A DNA stretch of 64,000 nucleotides from Candidatus Hermodarchaeota archaeon (lineage in GTDB: Archaea > Asgardarchaeota > Hermodarchaeia > Hermodarchaeales > Hermodarchaeaceae): assembly GCA_016839805.1 (NCBI GenBank), contig JAEOTO010000009.1, positions 8,369 to 72,368 of the forward strand, written 5' to 3'. The notes under the pieces were generated by a model that was not told the origin of the DNA, did not search any database, and saw nothing but the letters and a program-made list of their open reading frames with translations. Positions 28,051-38,176 of this stretch are shown piece after piece. The position numbers and the translations under genes are program-made. Every line of letters begins with the position of its first letter. Position 1 is the first letter of the stretch.

Positions 28051-29193
28051 ATGGGCACTCAAAATCAGCATAACCGTTATTTGCGTGCATTCATTATTGC
28101 CTGTTTTGGCTGTTTTCTGATTGGGTACAGCCTGGTGTATCCAATCTACTACGCGACGAGTCCCTCAAGCATTTATGGATATGGAGGTAGGCGTTATGCT
28201 GGTGTGAAACCATACTTTGGAACTGTTTCTGAAAACGATACGGATTTCTATGCTGATATTGATGCTAATTTAGATGATCCCTTTTATTATTATGAGCTGA
28301 CTCTTGAGATTCGAAACTTCTATACCAATAATACTCCCGTAACTCTTATCCTTTCAACATATTTTACGAACCAGACAGTATCAAATTTCTATAATCTCAC
28401 AGCAGAACCCATCAACTATGAATTCCAAATTTGGGATCCTACTCAATTTTATCTCACAATTCAATACAATGGAAGCGCCTCAGCTTTCTCATTTTGGGCA
28501 GTAGTTCATGGTGAACTCCCGCTACATCCTATACCACCACCTCCAATTTTTCCTCTTGTAATGACCGGATCGGGTTTTGTAGTGGGAATAATCCTACTTG
28601 TCATTGGTTTATACGATTACAGGGTCCAAAAACGGAGCCGTCATTCATATAATCTGGATCGGGCTTTGATTTTTTGTTGTTTGGGTCTGCTCCTCGTCAC
28701 TTTGAGTTATCCGTCACTAGTCCGACCCCACTATACTCTCTATTATCATCCCCAGGAATACATCGATTTTGGTTTATTCTCTGGAACTGTTAACCAAACA
28801 GTCCCCTATGTCAACATGACCCTATGGGGTATTAATGAAAGTGTCGTGGAGATTCGAACATTCTTCGTGAATAATGCGTCTGTTACAATTCATGCATACC
28901 CCATCGACAGATCGACGAATCGCACATGGAATTATGTAAATTCCCGATACCCGGGATATCAGGATTTTGTGTTTGACACAACAGGTGATACGGTAATCGA
29001 GGTAGAACGTGAAACTGAGGATACAGGATTTAGCTGTTGGGTGTTGGCTAATTTTCGAGAGGTAGAGGTCCGTCAAAATTATGCTGGAAATTACGCCCCA
29101 TATGCTACAATATTTCTTATATCTGGTGTACTCTTACTTGGATTAGGGCTCTATTCCGCTTCTAAAGGCTTCAGAGAGATTCCCAAGCTATAA
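28051..29193 (+). CDS. Membrane glycoprotein with an internally duplicated ectodomain, hypothetical
   Basis: 380 aa. Layout is TM, ~150-aa domain, TM pair, ~150-aa domain, TM. The repeat is visible as LEIRNFYTNNTPVTLIL versus VEIRTFFVNNASVTIHA. Ten N-x-S/T sequons counted. Confidence 0.6.
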   Translation: MGTQNQHNRYLRAFIIACFGCFLIGYSLVYPIYYATSPSSIYGYGGRRYAGVKPYFGTVSENDTDFYADIDANLDDPFYYYELTLEIRNFYTNNTPVTLILSTYFTNQTVSNFYNLTAEPINYEFQIWDPTQFYLTIQYNGSASAFSFWAVVHGELPLHPIPPPPIFPLVMTGSGFVVGIILLVIGLYDYRVQKRSRHSYNLDRALIFCCLGLLLVTLSYPSLVRPHYTLYYHPQEYIDFGLFSGTVNQTVPYVNMTLWGINESVVEIRTFFVNNASVTIHAYPIDRSTNRTWNYVNSRYPGYQDFVFDTTGDTVIEVERETEDTGFSCWVLANFREVEVRQNYAGNYAPYATIFLISGVLLLGLGLYSASKGFREIPKL

Positions 29194-29242
29194 TTGGAAT
29201 TCAATAAGCTAAAGGGTGAAATAGCAGGAGCACTCATGAAAT

Positions 29243-30148
29243 GTGACGACTATGCTACAACTCACTGACCCGATCCAAGTCATTATTGAAGGGCTGATTC
29301 AATTCTGGTTGATCTGGGGACCATGGATTATCCCAATCCTCGAATTAGTACTGATTTGGGTTGCTCTGCTTATTATCGCAGGACTGCTAACCGGGTTTCT
29401 TCGGCGAAGGGCTGTGCGTGTGGGCATCCCGCCGGATGCGGTTAATGGGTTAATATTAGCAATCCGGTTACTTTTTCTCTGGTTCGGGATTGTCACCTTG
29501 GCTGCATTTGTTCCGCCATTATGGGACTACGCTGTAGCTATCGTCGGCAGCGCTTCGGTGATCATCGGGTTAGCTGTTGGGCTTGCGATTAGTCTGGCTA
29601 TGCGAAATATCATCGCTGGATTGTATGTGATGTTTAGCGATCCCTTTGATGTCGGGGATTATGTACGCATTGGAACCAACGAGGGCATTGTCCTCGAAAT
29701 CAGTATGAATTACACGAAATTACGCCAAATAGACGGCTCCATCACCCTCATTCCAAATAATAATGTCATGAATTCATCAGTAACGAATTTCCGATTTGAT
29801 CGCAAACGCAAAGCTAAAGCAAAGACCGATGCCGAAACTGCTGAGACTGCCTCATTGCCTAAACGGATATGGAATGTCATCAGCAAGGTGATGGATACTA
29901 CCGATCTCATCCAATATACCTTCGAGTTGAGGTTTCCTGTCAAGGATCCCCACGAGAAATATGATAAAATCCTTAATAGCGTGTGCAAAAAGTGGAAGGC
30001 AAAATTTGGCTTCGAACCCGTTTACGCGCTAACAAATATTTCTCATATAGCCTTTACTTATGCATTCACCATTTTCGTTGAAAACCCTCAGCTTCTTCTT
30101 GAACACCGATCTGATTTTATCGAAGATATTGGGCGAGCCATCTACTAA
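29243..30148 (+). CDS. Small-conductance mechanosensitive channel (MscS family)
   Basis: 301 aa. Three TM helices, then the MscS beta-domain signature PFDVGDYVRIGTNEGIVLEISMNYTKLRQIDGSITLIPNN. Confidence 0.85.
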   Translation: MTTMLQLTDPIQVIIEGLIQFWLIWGPWIIPILELVLIWVALLIIAGLLTGFLRRRAVRVGIPPDAVNGLILAIRLLFLWFGIVTLAAFVPPLWDYAVAIVGSASVIIGLAVGLAISLAMRNIIAGLYVMFSDPFDVGDYVRIGTNEGIVLEISMNYTKLRQIDGSITLIPNNNVMNSSVTNFRFDRKRKAKAKTDAETAETASLPKRIWNVISKVMDTTDLIQYTFELRFPVKDPHEKYDKILNSVCKKWKAKFGFEPVYALTNISHIAFTYAFTIFVENPQLLLEHRSDFIEDIGRAIY

Positions 30149-30304
30149 GACCATAATAGGGCACATTAAACCTACATTCTGAAATTTCAGGAGAAGAATT
30201 AGTGAAAAAATCGTTATTAAGTAGATAACAATTAGTTCGAATACTATATCAGCCAATAATTCTATCCTTTCTAATCAAACTGACATTTGTATGTGATCCA
30301 ATCT

Positions 30305-31117
30305 ATGCCTCAACAACCCGTCGCCTATGATTTACATCTTCATACAGAATTCAGCCCCGACTCCACCACACCAATGGCTGTTTATGCCGAAGCTGCTAAC
30401 CAATTAGCTCTTCACATTGGATTTCTGGATCATTTTGAACTGGCGTTTCTCGACCGCACTGACTTCTTGAACTATGATATGGTTCCCCAGCTTCTTGAAG
30501 CATTTGACTGTGTACACACAGATTATCCTCAAACATCAATTGGGCTAGAAGTCGATTTCTATAGTGATTTGAAATCAAAAGTCGCAGAATTCTGTGATGA
30601 CTATCGCTCTGATTTTGATTATTTCATAGGTGTTGTTCACACTGTTGACCGGTATGCGGTAACGGTTCTTGAAGAAATGGAAAACCTCGTCGCACAATTA
30701 GGTCTCCGTGAAGTTCTTGAACGCTACTTCAATGAGGTGGAAGGTGCCATTCAATCACGCCTCTTTAGCGGCATTGCTCATATCGATAGTGTAATGCGTT
30801 TTGTCCCCCTTTTTCCTGGAAGTACAGAATTAACGTCCCTTTGGTACACTCGCACAAAGGAATTATGCGTACTTTGTCAGAAGTTAGGTGTGTTAATTGA
30901 AGTAAATTTACGTGGATTAAATCATCCTTGGAAACAAATTCATCCGGCACCTTCCCTGATTAATGAACTTATTCCAGGTAGAGCTAAATTCTACGTGGGA
31001 TCAGATAGTCACTCCTTAAGCGAGTTCCAAACAGCAATACCAACTCTTATGCAGATGCATGCGTTTCTGGTTGAGCACGATAGCCTTGGGCTTCCAGAGG
31101 CTTTGCAAATCGGCTAG
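30305..31117 (+). CDS. PHP-domain phosphoesterase (HisJ-type histidinol-phosphatase family)
   Basis: N-terminal YDLHLHTEFSPDS PHP motif and later GSDSH. ATG 30305 is preferred over TTG 30287. Confidence 0.7.
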   Translation: MPQQPVAYDLHLHTEFSPDSTTPMAVYAEAANQLALHIGFLDHFELAFLDRTDFLNYDMVPQLLEAFDCVHTDYPQTSIGLEVDFYSDLKSKVAEFCDDYRSDFDYFIGVVHTVDRYAVTVLEEMENLVAQLGLREVLERYFNEVEGAIQSRLFSGIAHIDSVMRFVPLFPGSTELTSLWYTRTKELCVLCQKLGVLIEVNLRGLNHPWKQIHPAPSLINELIPGRAKFYVGSDSHSLSEFQTAIPTLMQMHAFLVEHDSLGLPEALQIG

Positions 31118-31719
31118 ACCCGGAAAAGGAATTCCAGTAGGATAATGGCCACTGCTGTTGCTACTCCAGCTCCCAAAGTTTGGAGACCATAGAACCAAGG
31201 ATTCTGTTCTGAAACGCGTCCAAGGAAGATACCCAATAAGAATAGCAGGATAAAGCCGGTAATTGCTGATATGATTACAGCGAGTTCCCATGGAATAGGG
31301 ATTCCAACACCGATTACGAAGAATGGGACTAGAAGAATTAACCCCGCAATGAAAGGGGCAAAACCATCAACGAATGATGACACTATAATGGCAAAACGTG
31401 ATGCTTTCTTAACCACGGTATCATCCAATTTACGAAGCATAGCGCGTTCCATTTCACGAAATTCCCGCTCTCGTTCCGCCTTTTCAGCAAGATATGTCCC
31501 CGCTAATCCTGAAAACATCATAGCCAGACACGCACCAATGCCTGCTGTAACAATGGCTTGAGCATCAAAATGGGCAGCGAAATGTGACGCTAGAATAATT
31601 CCCAAAATGGTGAGTGTTCCATCAAACGCATTCATGGCAAAATACCGTCGGGCAATCGGTCCGAGTTCTGAGATCCGGGCTAGTTGTTCCATTTTTTCTA
31701 TTCGTGACATAATCATCAA
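31114..31719 (-). CDS. VIT1/CCC1-like membrane transporter (putative)
   Basis: 201 aa. RRYFAMNAFDGTLTILG near the N-terminus, a Glu-rich cytoplasmic helix (EKAEREREFREME) and about five TM helices. The family call is moderate. Confidence 0.5.
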   Translation of the reverse strand: MMIMSRIEKMEQLARISELGPIARRYFAMNAFDGTLTILGIILASHFAAHFDAQAIVTAGIGACLAMMFSGLAGTYLAEKAEREREFREMERAMLRKLDDTVVKKASRFAIIVSSFVDGFAPFIAGLILLVPFFVIGVGIPIPWELAVIISAITGFILLFLLGIFLGRVSEQNPWFYGLQTLGAGVATAVAIILLEFLFRV

Positions 31720-31876
31720 CAGCTGCTTTCATTCATTCGCAAGTGTACCCGAAAAGCCTTATGAATCCACTGCGAAGAAAGGCAAAATCTGAATTTCATG
31801 AAAAGCACTCACTCTTCGATAGACTTTTGTTGATGGTACGAAAAGAATGAGACAAGAGTAGCAAGGAGCGGTACGA

Positions 31877-33205
31877 ATGGAGTCCAAAAGTGATAAGATT
31901 ATCTTTGGAAAAGGTGAACTTGAAGGTCATCGGTTTCATCTTCGGAAAGATCCGAAGGGTGGCACAATTGTCATCGACGCCTCACGATTACTATTCTTGA
32001 ATGAAACCGGTTATGACTATGCAACTGCTGCAGTCGAAGGAAAATCTGAAGATGAGGTAATCGCACTCATTAAACAGAAATATCGGGGTGCAAAACCAGA
32101 TGCGATTCGTGCTGATTATGATGAATTAAAAGACAAAATATTGTCGTTCATTGCACAGCCGGATGTTTCTCCCATCGAAACTTTTGACTTTGGTGAAGTC
32201 GAACCTTTCTCCCATGACCCCCAAGCACCATATCGCATCGATCTAGCACTCACATATCGCTGTAATAACAATTGCTCACATTGTTATGTGCCCCCAGAAC
32301 GGCGTGGATGGGATGCTACCCGGGAAATGGATACTAGTAAATGGAAGCAAGTTCTTGACAAATTACTGGATTTGGCCATCCCTCATGTAACCTTCACAGG
32401 TGGTGAACCCACCCTTCGTGACGACCTAGTAGAGCTTATTCAGTACAGTGAAGACATCGGCATAATCGCAGGACTAGTGACAAATGGACGGCGCCTCACC
32501 CAATCTATGGTGGATGATTTGGTCAACGCTGGAATAGACTACGTTCAAATTACCTTGGAATCACATCTCCCAGACATTCATGATCAAATGGTAGGAATAA
32601 CGGGTGCTTGGAAGGAGACCATGGCTGGTTTGAAGCGATTCATCGCCACCGATATCTATACCATAACCAATACCACACTAACCCAGCTAAACCGATCAAC
32701 AATCACAGACACCGTCGCATTTCTCGCGAAATTAGGTCAAACTAATTTTGCTATGAACGGTCTCATCTACTCAGGAAGTGGTCGTGATGTGGCTGATAAA
32801 CAAGCGATTCCCGAGCAAGACCTTGACGAACTCATCACTGATATTCTCGCTGAAGCCAGTGAACATGATATGAGGCTTATCTGGTATTCACCCACCATGT
32901 ATTGTCATTTTGATCCAACAGAATATGGGCTAGGTCCACGACGTTGCAGTGCAGCCTACTCAAGCCTTGCTATTGAGCCTAATGGGAACGTCTTACCCTG
33001 TCAAAGCTACTTTGAATCATTAGGGAATATTCTCAAAAATTCTTGGGACACCATCTGGAACCATCCTACTGCCAAAGCGCTCCGTGGACATACCAAAGTC
33101 GCTGAGGAATGCCTTTCGTGTGAGCTCCTCAAGAAATGCGGTGGCGGCTGTCCCCTCTTCACAGAATACAAAGAGGTTTGTTGCCATCACAGTCTAGGCG
33201 GTTAA
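31877..33205 (+). CDS. Radical SAM/SPASM enzyme with an N-terminal PqqD-like (RRE) domain; putative peptide/protein maturase
   Basis: 442 aa, preceded by an AAGGAG SD. N-terminal ~100 aa (LLFLNETGYDYATAAVEGKSEDEVIALIKQKYRGAKPDAIRADYDELKDKILSFI) fits the PqqD/RRE pattern. rSAM motif CNNNCSHC. C-terminal Cys-rich SPASM region ending in CLSCELLKKCGGGCP. Confidence 0.8.
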   Translation: MESKSDKIIFGKGELEGHRFHLRKDPKGGTIVIDASRLLFLNETGYDYATAAVEGKSEDEVIALIKQKYRGAKPDAIRADYDELKDKILSFIAQPDVSPIETFDFGEVEPFSHDPQAPYRIDLALTYRCNNNCSHCYVPPERRGWDATREMDTSKWKQVLDKLLDLAIPHVTFTGGEPTLRDDLVELIQYSEDIGIIAGLVTNGRRLTQSMVDDLVNAGIDYVQITLESHLPDIHDQMVGITGAWKETMAGLKRFIATDIYTITNTTLTQLNRSTITDTVAFLAKLGQTNFAMNGLIYSGSGRDVADKQAIPEQDLDELITDILAEASEHDMRLIWYSPTMYCHFDPTEYGLGPRRCSAAYSSLAIEPNGNVLPCQSYFESLGNILKNSWDTIWNHPTAKALRGHTKVAEECLSCELLKKCGGGCPLFTEYKEVCCHHSLGG

Positions 33206-33255
33206 CATCTTATCAACTCTTCAAAAACAGAGCCCCTTATTGAGAGGGTCAAGCG

Positions 33256-33969
33256 GTGGAACTCTACACGACCCATTTTCTATGCAACCAAGCCCACCGT
33301 ACAGCTCCAACCCGACAATTCTTCTATACGCAAACAAACTGGAAAACAGCACCTATCAGCCTAGATTTAGGCTGTGGAACCGGAGTAATTACATCCGAAC
33401 TTACCTTCTCCCATGCCCAAGCAATTGGACTCGACATCAATCCCGACCTCCTGACTCAAGCAGTTATGGATAACCGTCCCAATAACTCCGTCCACCTCGT
33501 TCTTGCAGATGCTACTTCTCTACCTTTTCGATCATCTATTGTCTCCTTTGTACTAAGCCACTTCACTTTAATGTGGATTCACAACCGTGAAACTGCCCTT
33601 GCTGAATTAAAGCGAATCCTCCGACCCGGGAGCCTTCTTGCGGCAATTGAACCAGATTACACGGGTCGAATTGAAATCCCCAAAAACGCCGAATACACTT
33701 CTCACTCTCCCATCATCGATTATCTAATATTTCGAGGGGCTGACCCCTTCATTGGTGGGAAACTCCCTTTTGAACTTCAAAATTTTGACTTCACTGAAGT
33801 GCAGTTTGGGACATTATCTTGGGAATATCATCCCGAAGCCGCCCAAACAGAGATTCAAGATGAAGCTACCCTCCTGCAAGCTAAAGGGATTCACTGGAAA
33901 CAACCGGTTTTCACTTACACTCCAATTTTTTGGGTTATCGCATTCAAACGAGAAATTCGCTCAGAATAG
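33256..33969 (+). CDS. Class I SAM-dependent methyltransferase
   Basis: 237 aa with a GTG start. Motif I SLDLGCGTGVIT. Confidence 0.8.
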   Translation: MELYTTHFLCNQAHRTAPTRQFFYTQTNWKTAPISLDLGCGTGVITSELTFSHAQAIGLDINPDLLTQAVMDNRPNNSVHLVLADATSLPFRSSIVSFVLSHFTLMWIHNRETALAELKRILRPGSLLAAIEPDYTGRIEIPKNAEYTSHSPIIDYLIFRGADPFIGGKLPFELQNFDFTEVQFGTLSWEYHPEAAQTEIQDEATLLQAKGIHWKQPVFTYTPIFWVIAFKREIRSE

Positions 33970-34039
33970 ATTAACTTGGACTGGGAGAAAAAAGGAGACG
34001 AGAAGGGACGCCCCTAAGATTGGCTCCCTTCTACAATGG

Positions 34040-34471
34040 CTATGGACCGAAGAGCCAAATGAGCAATAAGACTATTACGAAGACAAGAATGAACGCTATA
34101 ATGATCATGAAGATGACGTACAGTAAGCCAACGGCGATAGCGCCGAGTATTCCGGTATCAAAGAAGTGCATAATTAGCCAGATGTAAAGAATGAAGACAA
34201 CAAGCAGTGGTATGGCTATCGCTAGAATTTGACCAATTAGTCCAGGTGGCAATAATGGTGCGACAAATGTATCTATGACCCAACCTAAGATTTCGTTGAG
34301 AATAGCGCCTAGGAGAGAGATCCAGAGTGCGTCCGTGAATTTGGCATTTTCAGGTCCTGCAACTACACGACCTGCGATCCAGAGAATCAGTGATCCTAAT
34401 AACCAGACGATGAGGAAGGGAATGATTACCAATACGATGAATTCTATAATTTGCATTACGAGTACTCCCAT
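34040..34471 (-). CDS. Small four-TM membrane protein (possibly DUF360/holin-4-like)
   Basis: 143 aa, extremely hydrophobic. The family resemblance is weak. Confidence 0.5.
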   Translation of the reverse strand: MGVLVMQIIEFIVLVIIPFLIVWLLGSLILWIAGRVVAGPENAKFTDALWISLLGAILNEILGWVIDTFVAPLLPPGLIGQILAIAIPLLVVFILYIWLIMHFFDTGILGAIAVGLLYVIFMIIIAFILVFVIVLLLIWLFGP

Positions 34472-34620
34472 ACTGGTTTGTTAGTGGGATGTCTGAGGAA
34501 TTCTATCCTTAATATGTTATGGGAGCATTGTTTTTGTAATCACATCTACTCAAAGAGGGTGTCCTGAAAAATCGGGGATTATGGATTATATTTTGGATAC
34601 GGCTTCAGACATTCTGCTTT

Positions 34621-34866
34621 TTAAAATGGAATGGGTACAAACAAGATGAACGAAAGCGTCGTCACAACGACGTCAATTATGAAGTAACATACCACAGCTA
34701 ACATTGTAAGGGCTAACGCACTAAAAATCCCCATCTTCTGGTATAAAACGAGCAAAGCCAGCAGCACAATCATCGCGACAATAAGGGCAATGAAATTTAC
34801 CGGAATTGGGATGCTGAAATACATAATCCACCAACTGATTTCTTTCATTACCACGCTAATAATCAC
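34621..34866 (-). CDS. Small membrane protein, hypothetical
   Basis: 81 aa with three hydrophobic helices. Confidence 0.4.
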   Translation of the reverse strand: MIISVVMKEISWWIMYFSIPIPVNFIALIVAMIVLLALLVLYQKMGIFSALALTMLAVVCYFIIDVVVTTLSFILFVPIPF

Positions 34867-35209
34867 AATAATGAATGCTTGTCTGAAAGTAAATCCTTCT
34901 TCAGTTACAATTGGCTAGCAAAATAAAACGCAACAAAAACAACAAGAAACGAGAGAAAAAATCGGGAAACTGCCTGAACTATCAATGGTAATAAGAATGG
35001 TTCAATTTGCAGGATGTAGTCGCCTTCAAAATATTCTGTAACGCATCAGTAGCTTACTCATCACCCATAAATTTTCTCTTAATCAGTGAAATCAAGTAGA
35101 TTTTCACAGTCGAAGTTAGGTATTGGGTTTGTTTACTTATCGTGTCGTGTGAGTTAGGTTTAAAGGGGCTAATCCAGGTCTGTGACTCATATAGTGGGGC
35201 GATGGTCCA

Positions 35210-36547
35210 ATGCCACATTTTCTCGATCTATTCCTTCAAGAGTTACAAGAAAAACGTGAAGCCTTCCGTCGGAGGTTAACAGGTGAAGAAGCCTCAGAAT
35301 TAGATGGTCTTTTGAAGAAGTCGTTTATCAAGGAATGGCGAGAATTGCCTTCACCTAAAACAGAAGACCTTCGTGTAATTGCCGTAGACAGTGGACGTTC
35401 CATGCGAGAATACGCTGCAGGCTCACTCATGTATATTTGTCGGGCTAGTGCATACACTTCGTGGGGAAAACAATATCGGCGAGTCGTTTCAAACGCGCAT
35501 ATGATTAGTTCTCCACGGGAACGCCTTATTGACCTTGTGAGTCTGCGATCAGAGCACTTAGAACACCAAGTGGCTCTTGAAGCAGTGCAGGCATCATCGG
35601 ATGTTGATTTGGTGTTACTTGATGGATCTTTGTATGGTCGGATTACGCATGTCCCAATCTCGTTCAATTATCCTGGAGAACGGGATTTGTATTTACGTTT
35701 CATGCAGACTTTTATTCGACTTCTTGAAGAATGTCGTAAACGGAAGATTCTGATATTAGGTATAAGCAAGGATTCGGTGGCTCGGCATCTTACACGCCTG
35801 CTCTTGGAAACAGTCAAGGTTCAAGTATTGCAGAGCTTCAAGCAGATGCTTTCTTCCTCCGATTTCGAACAATTACACGAATATCTTGAAACCGAGGAGA
35901 AACAATCGGTTTCTGCTATTCGATTTCTACGGGATTTATCACTTAGCGACAACCAAGAACAATTGTTATGGGATTTACTCTATGAGCTGCGACGCCCACG
36001 ACCTGACTTTGCCCTAATTCAGGCCTGGACTGAAACTGCGGGGTATACAACACCAATTGAACCCTATCCAGATGTGCCACTGTTCAAATATGAGTCAAAA
36101 GATCCCGCTGATTATGTTCGACGACGGTTTGTAAACGCCTACAAAGATTATCAGCAAGAGGAAGATTTTGAGAACTGGGCGATTCCAGTGATGCGGGGTA
36201 CTTTCGAGCTCCCCACCTTCGTGACGTTTTGTGCAAAACTTGCACATAATGATACCCCGATGCGTATTGATATGCCTGCCTTTAATACAGGTTTACCAAC
36301 CCGTATTTCACAGATTTCTGCGGCTCGAATGCTCGATCCAACTCCTCAGCGGGTAATAGAGGTCTTACAGCTGCTTCAAGGGGAATATGGTGGACCTGAA
36401 CTCTACAACGTCTTTCTGGTCCGTGCAGACCAAGAAGCAAGATTACCTATGAGCGATGTGACAACCCTTTATGAACCATTGGTAGAAAAGGAATTGAAAA
36501 TACCCCTAGTACCTAAACGTCGAGACAGGAGGATACGATATGTCTAA
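35210..36547 (+). CDS. nurA: NurA 5'-3' nuclease
   Basis: 445 aa. NurA-type acidic motifs VIAVDSGRS and LVLLDGSLYG. Operon partner of herA, with which it overlaps by 8 nt. Confidence 0.85.
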   Translation: MPHFLDLFLQELQEKREAFRRRLTGEEASELDGLLKKSFIKEWRELPSPKTEDLRVIAVDSGRSMREYAAGSLMYICRASAYTSWGKQYRRVVSNAHMISSPRERLIDLVSLRSEHLEHQVALEAVQASSDVDLVLLDGSLYGRITHVPISFNYPGERDLYLRFMQTFIRLLEECRKRKILILGISKDSVARHLTRLLLETVKVQVLQSFKQMLSSSDFEQLHEYLETEEKQSVSAIRFLRDLSLSDNQEQLLWDLLYELRRPRPDFALIQAWTETAGYTTPIEPYPDVPLFKYESKDPADYVRRRFVNAYKDYQQEEDFENWAIPVMRGTFELPTFVTFCAKLAHNDTPMRIDMPAFNTGLPTRISQISAARMLDPTPQRVIEVLQLLQGEYGGPELYNVFLVRADQEARLPMSDVTTLYEPLVEKELKIPLVPKRRDRRIRYV

Positions 36548-38171
36548 AACCCAACAAGATGAGCCAGTAGGATTCATTGTTGAAGAAGCCCGAGCTACAG
36601 AATTCATATTTGCTAGTGACCGAAAACGGTATCCAGCGAAATTCGAATATCTCACCGTAAACTCAGAAGAATTGGTAGATAGGACACTCAAACCCGTCGA
36701 AGTTCTTGCTCAGGTTGAACGGATCACTTCCCAAAGCCTTGCCCTTCGTCGCAGTCTGGACATTGAAGCAATCTATCGGATTAAGGAAGCAGGAATTGAT
36801 GATGTCAAAACCTGGGGAATTGCACGGGTCCTAGGCTATCTAGTTCCTACAACCAAAGGACAACCTCCACGAATTCTCCTTCCTCGCCGCGCAGTGACTC
36901 CAGGAAACGCGATTTATATTGCACCAGATAGTCTTCTTGCCAAATTCTATGCCTATCCAAAAGAAGAGAGTCTTTATGTTGGAAATCTAATTTCTCGACC
37001 TCAGATTCCCGTGCATTTACGCATTAACGGCTTTCGACGGCATGTCGCCATTCTAGCCCAAACGGGTGCTGGTAAAAGCTATCTTACAGGTGTATTAATC
37101 GAAGAACTCATGGATCGGGGAGCCACTGTAATTATCATCGACCCTCATGCTGATTACGTATTCTTAAGTCAAAGTCTCAAAGGCGACAAACATGGTTTCT
37201 CAGACCGTGTAACTGTGTTCCAAAATCCCGAAAGCACCGGTCGATATAGCAAGAAAGATATCGGTGGAGTAGAATCCTATACCGTTCGATTAGCTGATCT
37301 TGACTTCGACGAATTATGCGGAATCTGCGGCATTGGCGAAAAGTATACCAATATCCGGGCAGGTTTAGCGACGGCTCTAAAACAACTCCAAGAAAGAAAT
37401 GTCGTCTATCTAACTGAGGATATCGAAAAGGAACTGAACACAGTAGCCAATACTGAGGATTTAGATAAATCCATCCGCTTCGGTGCTCTCAACGCAACAA
37501 AATATGTTAGACGCCTTCACCGCCTTCGCGTCTTCTCGCGCAGCGGCGTACCTATAGAGAAAATCATCAAACCCTATCATTCGTCGATTATCGATTTATC
37601 CGGACTTGGCAATCGCAGCACAGATTACATCGTCAGTCGGCTGCTAAAAGATGTGTTTGAAGCTGTGGCCACCGATGCCTTTGCATATCCCGTTTTTGTA
37701 GTCGTAGAGGAGGCACACACCTTTGTCCCCCCTGAATTCCCCACCTATTCTGCGAATATTATTCGACGAATTGCTCAAGAAGGACGAAAATTCGGTGTCT
37801 TCCTTCTCCTAATTAGTCAACGACCTGGGCGAATTCATCCAGATAGTCTTAGCCAATGTAATAGTCAGATCGTCCTCAAAATTACTAATCCTCGTGACCA
37901 AAACGCCATTGCTCAATCATCTGAACGGTTAAGTGAGGACCTTATCTCCGATCTACCCGGCTTAAATGTGGGCGAAGCTGTTGTAGTCGGTGATATTACT
38001 CGGACACCTGTGATGATTAAGGTTCGACCCCGTAATACGCGAGAGGGCGGTGCTGATATTGACGTCGTCGCTCGGCTCAAACAAGCCCGAAAAGCTGCAG
38101 GAATTGATGCCCAACTCGTTCAGGAACGTAAGCAAGAAAAGAAATTGAAGGGAGCGTTCTCTGAGGTGTAA
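36540..38171 (+). CDS. herA: HerA hexameric DNA helicase/translocase (FtsK-HerA superfamily)
   Basis: 543 aa. Walker A AQTGAGKSY, Walker B VFVVVEEAH, SD GGAGGA upstream. Confidence 0.9.
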   Translation: MSKTQQDEPVGFIVEEARATEFIFASDRKRYPAKFEYLTVNSEELVDRTLKPVEVLAQVERITSQSLALRRSLDIEAIYRIKEAGIDDVKTWGIARVLGYLVPTTKGQPPRILLPRRAVTPGNAIYIAPDSLLAKFYAYPKEESLYVGNLISRPQIPVHLRINGFRRHVAILAQTGAGKSYLTGVLIEELMDRGATVIIIDPHADYVFLSQSLKGDKHGFSDRVTVFQNPESTGRYSKKDIGGVESYTVRLADLDFDELCGICGIGEKYTNIRAGLATALKQLQERNVVYLTEDIEKELNTVANTEDLDKSIRFGALNATKYVRRLHRLRVFSRSGVPIEKIIKPYHSSIIDLSGLGNRSTDYIVSRLLKDVFEAVATDAFAYPVFVVVEEAHTFVPPEFPTYSANIIRRIAQEGRKFGVFLLLISQRPGRIHPDSLSQCNSQIVLKITNPRDQNAIAQSSERLSEDLISDLPGLNVGEAVVVGDITRTPVMIKVRPRNTREGGADIDVVARLKQARKAAGIDAQLVQERKQEKKLKGAFSEV

Positions 38172-38176
38172 ACACC

